Shown here: one piece after another, positions 57,701-64,000 of the stretch | How positions within the stretch are numbered: the first letter of the stretch is position 1 | Layout of the letters: every line of letters begins with the position of its first letter | NCBI GenBank assembly: GCA_035444565.1 | Contig: DAOMOX010000003.1 | Span: forward strand, 159,488-223,487 | Direction of reading: 5' to 3' | Origin: Candidatus Dojkabacteria bacterium | GTDB taxonomy: Bacteria > Patescibacteriota > Dojkabacteria > B142 > OLB20 | Length of the DNA: 64,000 bases | Translations under genes and position numbers: made by a program | The notes under the pieces: generated by a model | What the model saw: the letters and a program-made list of their open reading frames with translations, nothing else | What the model was told of the DNA's origin: nothing | Databases searched by the model: none

Positions 57701-58758
57701 CGAAAGCGTCTTATGTTGGGACAACATTGTCAGTTTATGGAGGTTTCCAGAGTGAAAGCGGGAAATATTATCGCTTAGATTTCTACTCGAGCGCCTCTAG
57801 TGATGATACTGGTTTTGGAGAAGGTGCAAATCATATCCATACAGAAATTAGTAGAGCGGGAAGTCCAACATACGATTTCAGTATCACACCTAAAGTAATT
57901 ACTAGTTTAACGCTTCCACCCGGGCATAAATATATTAGTGCAACGGCAACTGAATGTGGTCAACTTGCATGTACTACTCTTCTTAGTACTTCAGAATTCG
58001 GATTAACTGGATTTGATGGAGTAGTAAGTGGAAAAGGATTAGATTTAGATACAACAACTAGTATACTTCCAAAGTTTTATGTCGCAGCTGATGGAACAGA
58101 ATATATCCCAGACATCTATTCATTTGATATTTTAATAGATAATTCACTTGATCTCGTTACAGGTCTTAATTCTGTGAATATGTCACCATTAGGAATAGTC
58201 GGATTAGATAATAATAACTTCGCTACTGCCGGATATTCTGCGACTAATCAATATCACGTGTACAATAATATCGAGGGACTTCAGTGCTCATACAGTATTG
58301 GATCTAATATTAAGGCAACGGATATTAAGATTGCTAAGAACGGTGTAGGTTCTGAGTATGTCTACATCACTTCCGATTCCACAAATGAAGAACTTACCTT
58401 GATGCAAGGGGAAGCATTACCTAGTGGTTATGCTAAATATGGAGAATATTTATCAGAAGTAAAAGATATGGGAACTCCTATAAAATATTATCATTCAATT
58501 GTATGGGATGAAGCTAAAAATGGTGGTGAAATAAAGATTCAGATTAGATCGGGTAGTTCTAGTAACCTCTCAAACGAAGAATGGTATGGTCCAGATGGCA
58601 CCAGAGGAACATTCTTTACTCTTAGCGGTACAAACGAAGGTTACGTTTTACCTAAAGTAATTCAAGGGAAACAATTTATCCAATACAGGTTGTTGATAGA
58701 ATCAGATCAATTACAATCGCCTGCGCTCAATTCTATTACTATCAGATATGGTACATGA
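51799..58758 (+). CDS. Giant surface protein: receiver-like domain, TM, five LamG-like repeats with PT linkers, CSLREA/right-handed beta-helix, and a propeller/C-terminal pilin-associated domain
   Basis: IVLIDNN..IIIVDTTLP..G; WYST-initiated repeats; CTLRAAIQEAN; GNYIG repeats; NNLQNFPVL; STSEF; C-terminal WYGPDG...QYRL. Confidence 0.85.
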   Translation: MEKNIVLIDNNFAIRETLKIVLDNLAKNNDLKFNLYTSQNGIEGLGFVYVTHPEIIIVDTTLPKYSGNELLYFLLTNKKFHTSKVKVFVLVEKSQKIRVPDNFSVLNKSSKNFVKSLVKELSDVLKIDNKVNYKYPKLTTWIIKTANDLDVVKQRFEKNDLLSKLINLFVIGFKELLLSFLLLINYVFNKRVVDSNVKQERRNLSLLRRKHYPTAIAGSIGIVMTTILTLSVLFSQNIFFNQVNEETEAFGFGAVGWYSTMDNASDISNPVVGSAGEALNGVDYVTQNIVVDEDYSYDIISARFNADNEVVRIANPVVGEDVKLDKGTIEFMYSPLEAHTTNKEMTFFSIFGDANNKIEFKKLNDANDSLSLLYKCAYCGDAEVLISGANYAFAADDWVYFTVHWNAYAPINEQLLIYVNEEELPMTRNSSSINPASITDPAYIYIGNSSPTGTNEANGRIDDFTIYHDVAQPEATPVGTPAPTPVFWQNSGQASWYSTFDSMEAVTTPAIGDVPGVFSGASFIDGPAEYESALYFDGAGKSLYIEGTQGIHYSLNEGAVEFYYRPIYEANHNAEINLFSIRQNDNEEIRLYKRDNANGNALAFSYHCQTSCGGEETIALANYDSYWNDGEWMFFRITWNDNPTLSLSEQLKIFIDGDQPTHTDQEFKILGDNITSEPNPLRVYVGNRTENGDYSALGSIDEYRMFTTTVIPTPTITPTPSLTLTPTITPSPSVAPTATPTPLWYSTIDSVSAIQTPVRGSSATISGNYVFLSGSPYSPGGASNKAVKFGWKSTGSRIISNVPDAEVNETSGRISFHFSPEFASTDADNGNYFQLYSNSTNRITFKKKGLNLELHYYATAHGATNYNLMTIPNSSFSWNGGEWIFFDIYYNTALDQNNELRLFMSTNGGPLIEPEHTHLNTVTTPITDVSTLYIAGDPTYINSYPRGRIDDFRVYGYTVNMPTPTVPAVSPTPSPVPAMSILWYSTMANPTAIWQPIIGTTPTAVNNLSYATDGLPEARSGAVFNSNGSSVTIDIQGQDYDKFQGKVEFWYKPNVAYTQPNDLTFFYLRTRATDTITLVKDASADYLEFQYDSSCVGTGGTCNNAGTGLIDNRRTRYDDTGTGNYTNYWVIGKWMKFSAQWDYYAPTEEEKLKLLITYHNGTAWETVEPGSKSVLQVMNPYNFENAVGFSFGSNYQFGATYIRGNLSDFQIWGIGAGLTPTPSPTPVSLTSADPIWYSTMNDVAALTTPVIGKGATAQNLTFVSGVTSNSAKIDANSEYAAVGAIPYSTPPVSFKKNMGAIEFYYKPDLSASAAQNITLFNVRVDASNQLRLYKQSGSSPLWLQYTHGGSTKSIQVPYASFSPYWNIGNWTKIRAEWDRTKSTPDDLKLFLDNERPTPTKTGAVFSDMVGNPTLYIGNLHNTGTEPAMGAIDDFTIFGDPDARRYVVNSTLDESDADIGDLDCYTASGKCTLRAAIQEANSTTNADKIIFNIPGTGPHTISLSSALPTITNSLQIDGTTQTGSDCTTKDLRIVLSGNNLSSPGLAFSSTTGGIVKGLVIHGFSRGINYTSSTGGTVQCNIIGLAQDGVTIVGNSESGITLESNSTGNTIGGSVAGQGNILSGNYIGLDINSSNTNVVQGNYIGTNKGGEYSRGNTTAGIEIDNSSSIEIGDADLNSLPASCTGVCNVISGNGASGINYIAGTSGSNDNVIEGNYIGADKTGANQVTNYDGIKVTKVSNLNISYNQIVAVNSGIYALSTTTGAISGITVDNNYIGINRAGNAKLMDSTYGVVLFSSNGSTFSTATVTNNIIIGAVRGAGIYGYGSPISGISIKSNYIGTTSTDANLGNKYGIQFISPVATNNVIGGTNPADGNTIARNSSYGIYLSGTKNSLIRENTIRNNASDGISIVGNSSSENNTIIENSIYDNTGMGINLRTSTVDKVSFNDKGDTDSTLAGDGPNNLQNFPVLTKASYVGTTLSVYGGFQSESGKYYRLDFYSSASSDDTGFGEGANHIHTEISRAGSPTYDFSITPKVITSLTLPPGHKYISATATECGQLACTTLLSTSEFGLTGFDGVVSGKGLDLDTTTSILPKFYVAADGTEYIPDIYSFDILIDNSLDLVTGLNSVNMSPLGIVGLDNNNFATAGYSATNQYHVYNNIEGLQCSYSIGSNIKATDIKIAKNGVGSEYVYITSDSTNEELTLMQGEALPSGYAKYGEYLSEVKDMGTPIKYYHSIVWDEAKNGGEIKIQIRSGSSSNLSNEEWYGPDGTRGTFFTLSGTNEGYVLPKVIQGKQFIQYRLLIESDQLQSPALNSITIRYGT

Positions 58759-59356
58759 CATAGAATCAATTCTAACTAAGTTGGAGTCAAACTTTCCAGA
58801 TGCTAGGTCGGAACTGGATTTTAAAAATCCATTTGAGCTTTTAATTGCTACTATTCTATCAGCACAATGTACGGATGCTCGGGTAAATAAAGTCACTCCA
58901 ATATTATTTAACCAATACCCTACTCCACAAAAAATGAGTGTGGCAAGTCAGGATCAAGTTGCAAAAATTATTTTCTCAACTGGTTTCTTTAATCAGAAAT
59001 CGAAAAAAATTATAGCTACTTCAAAGAAAATTGTTGATGAATTTGATGGAAGAGTACCAGATGAAATGAAAGAGTTAATAAAACTTCCAGGAGTAGCAAG
59101 GAAAACTGCAAATGTAGTCCTATATAATGCTTTTGGTAAAAACGAAGGGATTGCAGTTGATACACATGTGATTAGGATATCCAAATTGTTGGGATTAACT
59201 AATAATTTTAACCCTGACAAAATCGAAAAAGACTTAATGGAATTATTCCCTAGAGATAAGTGGGGATTTCTAAGTCAAAGTCTAGTTCTTTATGGGAGAT
59301 ATTATTGCACGGCAAAGCGACATGATACATCAAAGTGCTTTCTAGGCGGCCACTAA
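58748..59356 (+). CDS. nth: Endonuclease III
   Basis: FELLIATILSAQCTDARVN, HhH motif LPGVARKTANVV, AVDTHV. Confidence 0.95.
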   Translation: MVHDIESILTKLESNFPDARSELDFKNPFELLIATILSAQCTDARVNKVTPILFNQYPTPQKMSVASQDQVAKIIFSTGFFNQKSKKIIATSKKIVDEFDGRVPDEMKELIKLPGVARKTANVVLYNAFGKNEGIAVDTHVIRISKLLGLTNNFNPDKIEKDLMELFPRDKWGFLSQSLVLYGRYYCTAKRHDTSKCFLGGH

Positions 59357-61057
59357 TTAAATTATGACTATCATAATCAACGGTTCACGTTTAGTCTTTT
59401 TGTAGAGGAACTTTGAGATGTGTTTAGAAAGGGCTTCTTTAAATTTACTAATTTCGAGTTTATTGTTTTTTCTAGAATCTTCCAACCATCCCTTATGAAC
59501 TGAATAAATTTCATTCTCAATTTCTTTTAAAAGCTCCTCTGACTTATTCATATAAATGAACCCTCGCGAGGCGAATCTAATCCTTCCAATAATTTTTTTA
59601 GTCTTGTGGCTTAAGTTAATCACCATGCAAATCATTCCATATTCTGCTAAAACTTCCCTGTCTCTTAGAACCACCTCACCTAAATCACTAATACCCATTG
59701 CATCTATCATTACTGGTTTGGATTGTATGGCTTTTCCTCGTCTTATGAGATTTCTACTCACTTCCCAAACTTGTCCATCATCTGTTAAGTGAATCGAATC
59801 ACTTTTCATACCCCAACCAATAAAGTTGCGTTTATTGAAGTAACGCATGGTCAAGGTACCATGAATTGGCATGATATTTTTGGGTTTAATCATCTCGTAC
59901 ATAGTTTTTACATCTTCTTGAAGACCATGACCTGTAGCATGAACGGTGTCTAATTTGTTCGTAATTAATTCGACCCCTAGTTTAACGAGTCTATCGGTCA
60001 TTCGACCAATTTTATATTCATTCCCAGGGATCTCAGAGGACGATAAGATGACTCTATCACCTGCTTTAATTTTCACAAATCTATTCTCCCCTTTCGACAA
60101 TAAACTTAGTGCACCAAATTGTTCACCTTGGCTTCCTGTGCATAAAATTACAATCTTGTTATCTGGATATTTGCTCAAGTCGTTGTGGGTGATAAATAAT
60201 GATTCGGGTAAATCTATGTATTTTAGCTCTTTCGCTATTCTGAAGGCTTCTTTCAAACTTCTGCCCAAGAGCAATACTTTCTTATCGAGTTTAGAGGCTG
60301 TTTTGCTAACGACATATAACCTAGAGACTTGAGATGCAAATGATGCAACAATTACTCTCCCAGATGCACTACGCAGTAATTCTTCGATGGTTTCTGATAC
60401 CTCTGTCTCTGACGTGGATTTGCCAGCCGAACTAGAATTTGTACTTTCTATTAGAGCTAGGTCTACCCTGCCTTGTAGACTTCTAAGTTTTTGATAATCT
60501 GTTTGTTGCTCATTAGCTGGGGTTTCGTCAATCTTAAAGTCTCCTGAGAAAAAAATATTTCCTGCTAATGTTTCGACGAAAATCGAGAATGCGTGAGGAA
60601 TACTATGGGTAACACCGATGAAGGTCACCTTCATCCTTCCAATTTGAATTTCGGTATTTCTTTGGACTACTATAAGTCTCGTTTTATCAAGTATTTTGTA
60701 TTCCTTAAGTTTTTGTTTGATTAATTCACTTGCAAAACTTCCAGCATAGACCTTTGGAAAACCTAATAGTGGCAATATGAATGGTAATGCTCCTATATGA
60801 TCTAAATGTCCATGAGTGATAAAAATCGCGCGAACTTTGTGTTTGTTTTTACTCAAATATTCGAGATTTGGGATTAGGTAATCAATTCCAAAAAGCTCTT
60901 GTTCGGGGAATGACAATCCCGCATCAATCATAATTATATTTTGTCGATCTTCGATGAAAGAACAATTTCTACCTACTTCGCTATTTCCTGAGAGTGTGCA
61001 TAATTTAACATGTGGGGGGGTGTTTTCTTTCCTCACTTCTTCGTAATTTGTCTTCAC
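59357..61057 (-). CDS. rnj: Ribonuclease J
   Basis: EVGRN, THGHLDHIG, HSIP, GDFK, ESTN, TGSQGE, HATGH, PIHG. Confidence 0.96.
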   Translation of the reverse strand: MKTNYEEVRKENTPPHVKLCTLSGNSEVGRNCSFIEDRQNIIMIDAGLSFPEQELFGIDYLIPNLEYLSKNKHKVRAIFITHGHLDHIGALPFILPLLGFPKVYAGSFASELIKQKLKEYKILDKTRLIVVQRNTEIQIGRMKVTFIGVTHSIPHAFSIFVETLAGNIFFSGDFKIDETPANEQQTDYQKLRSLQGRVDLALIESTNSSSAGKSTSETEVSETIEELLRSASGRVIVASFASQVSRLYVVSKTASKLDKKVLLLGRSLKEAFRIAKELKYIDLPESLFITHNDLSKYPDNKIVILCTGSQGEQFGALSLLSKGENRFVKIKAGDRVILSSSEIPGNEYKIGRMTDRLVKLGVELITNKLDTVHATGHGLQEDVKTMYEMIKPKNIMPIHGTLTMRYFNKRNFIGWGMKSDSIHLTDDGQVWEVSRNLIRRGKAIQSKPVMIDAMGISDLGEVVLRDREVLAEYGMICMVINLSHKTKKIIGRIRFASRGFIYMNKSEELLKEIENEIYSVHKGWLEDSRKNNKLEISKFKEALSKHISKFLYKKTKREPLIMIVII

Positions 61058-61107
61058 TATAATATCTAAAACAGTTAAAATACTCTATTGGATTATTTTA
61101 TCACGTA

Positions 61108-62607
61108 TTGGAAAAGAAACAAAAAGCTATTGTCGTCGGTGCGGGCATTTCAGGCATGTCCATTGCTTGTTTGCTAGCAAAAAAAAACTACCAAGTAACC
61201 GTTGTTGAGAAAAACTCAATATATGGAGGAAGAGGAAGAGTCTTAAAAGCGAATGACTTCATCTTTGATATGGGACCATCTTGGTATTTATTGCCTGAGG
61301 TTTTTGACGATTTCTTTAAACTCTTCGATGCAGATATCAATGATTATCTAGAACTTGTGAAGTTGGACCCATCATACAGAGTTTTTTTACCAAAAGGTAA
61401 AGTTGTAGATATAAGTACAGATATCGAAGAAAATATAAAAATATTTGAGGATATAGAACCTGGTTCTGGAGAGAATTTTAGAAAGTATCTAGAAAAATCA
61501 GAGAAATTATATAAAGTACTTGTCGGAAAACTTTTCTATAAAGACTTGACCTCACGCAAAGTTCTGATGGACAGATCACTTTTAAAAGAATTTAAAGGGA
61601 TTTCAGCAAGTGATTTGTTCTCTAACTATGAGAAGCTCTGTTCAAAATATTTCAAAACAGAAGAACTGAAAAGAATTATTCAATATGGCGTGGCTTTACT
61701 TGGCTCTCATCCTGAAGATGCTCCCGGATTATACGCAATGATGTCATATGCTGATTACAAAAAAGGAGTGTATTACCCCAAAGGTGGTATAGGAAAGCTC
61801 TTCACTTCTATTTATAAATTGAGCAAGAAATTAGGAGTTGAGTATAAATTTAATTTTGATGTATCTGGGTTCGATTATTCGGACAAAAATATTACTTCGG
61901 TTATAAGTAGTGACGGACAAAAGGAATCTACAGATTTAGTTGTTATGAATGGAGACTATGCTCACACAGAACTTGAAATTTTGGATAAAAAATATCAAAC
62001 ATACGATGAAAAATACTGGTCAAGCAAGAAAATTGGTGCTTCAGCTTTTATAGTTTATTTAGGTGTTAATAAAAAACTGAAAAATCTTCAACACCACAAT
62101 TTGTTTTTAGATAGAGATTGGAAGGAGCATTTCAAGGGACTGAGTGATAGTACTGTTTGGCCGCAAAGACCTGCGTATTATGTTTGTGCTCCAAGTAAAA
62201 CTGATTCCACAGTAGCTCCATCAAATTGTGAGAACTTATTCTTTACAGTTCCTATCCCCGCTGGTGTAGAGGATAATGACAATCTGAGAATTACATATTT
62301 CGATAAAATTATTAAGCACTTTGAAGGTGTAATCGGAGAAGAAATTAAATATGACATAATCTACAAAAAGATTTTTACTGTTAACGATTTTAAACAGGAT
62401 TTCCATGCTTATAAAGGTACAGCTCTTGGTTTAGCAAACAATCTCAAACAAACAGGATTCTTAAGAGTGGGTTATAAAAGCAAGAAATTGGATAATTTAT
62501 ACTATACAGGTCAATATGTTCATCCAGGCTCTGGTTTATCCGCTTGTGTTGCTTCAGCGCGAATTATATCCGATAAAATTTCCGACGATTTCAATGAAAA
62601 AAAATAA
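61108..62607 (+). CDS. crtI: Phytoene desaturase family protein (CrtI/CrtD)
   Basis: VVGAGISG, GGR, FDMGPSW, YPKGG, LYYTGQYVHPGSG. Confidence 0.9.
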   Translation: MEKKQKAIVVGAGISGMSIACLLAKKNYQVTVVEKNSIYGGRGRVLKANDFIFDMGPSWYLLPEVFDDFFKLFDADINDYLELVKLDPSYRVFLPKGKVVDISTDIEENIKIFEDIEPGSGENFRKYLEKSEKLYKVLVGKLFYKDLTSRKVLMDRSLLKEFKGISASDLFSNYEKLCSKYFKTEELKRIIQYGVALLGSHPEDAPGLYAMMSYADYKKGVYYPKGGIGKLFTSIYKLSKKLGVEYKFNFDVSGFDYSDKNITSVISSDGQKESTDLVVMNGDYAHTELEILDKKYQTYDEKYWSSKKIGASAFIVYLGVNKKLKNLQHHNLFLDRDWKEHFKGLSDSTVWPQRPAYYVCAPSKTDSTVAPSNCENLFFTVPIPAGVEDNDNLRITYFDKIIKHFEGVIGEEIKYDIIYKKIFTVNDFKQDFHAYKGTALGLANNLKQTGFLRVGYKSKKLDNLYYTGQYVHPGSGLSACVASARIISDKISDDFNEKK

Positions 62608-63451
62608 TTTAATACGCTTTTTTTATAAAACATCTAGACCGAAATTTTGGTCGTACTTATTTGGGACATATTTATTCGGATTCTTTGCAGGACTTCAAGA
62701 ACCTGATCCAACAGCGCTCCTTGACTGGAGATTTATTGTTCTATTATTGTTCTTCATTTTTCCTGCCAACCTTTTCGTATATGGAGTAAATGACTTAGCT
62801 GATGAAGATACTGATAAATTTAATCCCAAAAAAGGCAAACAAGAGAATTTATTAGAAGTATCACATAAGAACTATCTCTTATACGGAGTAGTTGTAGTTG
62901 TCATTCTTTCCATAATTATCTCTTATCTTATTCCACAAATCGCTCTATGGTTAATTCTATTTATAATATTGGGTGGCTCATATAGTTTACCACCTGCAAG
63001 ATTCAAGAAAAGGCCATTTATTGATTCGCTGAGTAATATTTTCTATGCATTCCCAGGAATTATTGGATTTTTGATTAATACCCCTACCCTTCCTAATTTA
63101 CAAATTTTACCAGTATTGTTTATCTTTCCAGTCGCAATGCACTTATATTCTGCGATTCCAGATATAGAAGCAGACAAAAAAGCAGGACTTAAAACGACTG
63201 CGGTACTTCTAGGTCAAAACACTTCACTCGTAATATGTAATATTCTATGGTTAGTCGCATTTCTATGGATTTTAAATACTGGGTATTTATTTCCTTTCAC
63301 ACTGATTTTGCTTGTTTATCCTGCACTCCCCTTGTTAAATTTGAATCTTAAGAAATTTGACATTAACAAAACATATTGGTTTTTTCCTTACATTAATTTT
63401 ATTGTAGGCTTCATTTTCTCGATTATATTTATAATCAACCTTTATCAATGA
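62594..63451 (+). CDS. UbiA-family prenyltransferase, lycopene elongase type (LyeJ/CrtEb)
   Basis: SRPKFWSY, PANLFVYGVNDLADEDTD..NPKK, YSLPPARFK.RPFIDS, HLYSAIPDIEADKKAGLKTTA. Confidence 0.88.
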   Translation: MKKNNLIRFFYKTSRPKFWSYLFGTYLFGFFAGLQEPDPTALLDWRFIVLLLFFIFPANLFVYGVNDLADEDTDKFNPKKGKQENLLEVSHKNYLLYGVVVVVILSIIISYLIPQIALWLILFIILGGSYSLPPARFKKRPFIDSLSNIFYAFPGIIGFLINTPTLPNLQILPVLFIFPVAMHLYSAIPDIEADKKAGLKTTAVLLGQNTSLVICNILWLVAFLWILNTGYLFPFTLILLVYPALPLLNLNLKKFDINKTYWFFPYINFIVGFIFSIIFIINLYQ

Positions 63452-64000
63452 AGATTCCTCTTAAAGAATTTGTTGCTGTAATCATTGTAAACATGATTAG
63501 TGCTTTCGTTATTTTTCTGACGAGAGATTCTTCAATATTTCCGATTATGTTACAGATAGTACTTTTGATTTTAGGGTTTGTAGGGTTCTATCTCCTTTAT
63601 AGGTCTACAAATATTAAAGTATCGTTAGCAATTTTTATACTATTAGGTATTTACGGTTTAATTATTGAAACGACAAGTATAAAAACCGGATTCCCTTATT
63701 CTAGATTTCAATATTCGGACATGATGGGATATAAATTATATTCAATTGTCCCATATACTGTATTTCTAATTTGGCCAACATTAGTTATAAGCGCATACTC
63801 TTTGAGTGAGTTTATTGCTAAAAAGAGATTTTATAGAATAATTGTTACAACAATTCTATTGTTATCATTAGATTTAGTTTTCGATCCAGTAGCAACAGGC
63901 TTGGGTTTCTGGAAATGGGAACAAACAGGTTTGTATTACGGAGTCCCTTTTCTAAATTTCTTGGGATGGATATTTTCCTCATTGATATCTTCTATCATAG
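63448..64000 (+). CDS. cruF: Carotenoid 1,2-hydratase CruF (bisanhydrobacterioruberin hydratase family), partial
   Basis: Manual translation from ATG 63448: ...IETTSIKTGFPYSRFQYSDMMGYKL..VP...DLVFDPVA..LGFWKW...YYGVPFLNFLGW; runs off the window. Confidence 0.88.
   Translation, partial: MKIPLKEFVAVIIVNMISAFVIFLTRDSSIFPIMLQIVLLILGFVGFYLLYRSTNIKVSLAIFILLGIYGLIIETTSIKTGFPYSRFQYSDMMGYKLYSIVPYTVFLIWPTLVISAYSLSEFIAKKRFYRIIVTTILLLSLDLVFDPVATGLGFWKWEQTGLYYGVPFLNFLGWIFSSLISSII

Noticed and set aside
1-64000. Alternative genetic code (UGA=Gly, as in Gracilibacteria/Absconditabacteria)
   Set aside because: Conserved genes are full length under code 11, and several end in TGA with ATGA overlaps.

Overview
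AT-rich, gene-dense chromosomal segment using genetic code 11 (TGA = stop). Gene content and style suggest a Patescibacteria/CPR genome, possibly Dojkabacteria/Microgenomates-like; this is inference. Housekeeping genes: a divergent thrS-like gene, tRNA-Val(GAC), clpP, mutL, murB, short alaS, pyrG, obgE, pduO, ADP-forming acyl-CoA synthetase, P-type ATPase, folC, SDR, ABC exporter, nth, rnj. Accessory content: a RelE-like TA pair, a six-gene minus-strand cluster of giant/membrane proteins around a VirB6/TrbL-like gene, a type IV pilus locus with adhesin-decorated minor pilins and a 2319-aa surface protein, and the start of a crtI/crtD-lyeJ-cruF (C50 carotenoid) cluster. The two most striking observations: (1) at 792-1127 an intact tRNA-Val(GAC) is nested inside a second, fragmented tRNA-Val(GAC) broken by four hairpin insertions; (2) a tip-pilin beta-propeller/C-terminal module appears split between two abutting in-frame ORFs, with a receiver-TM-5xLamG-beta-helix protein fused to the second half. 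All family calls are from motif recognition by eye; no database searches were run.
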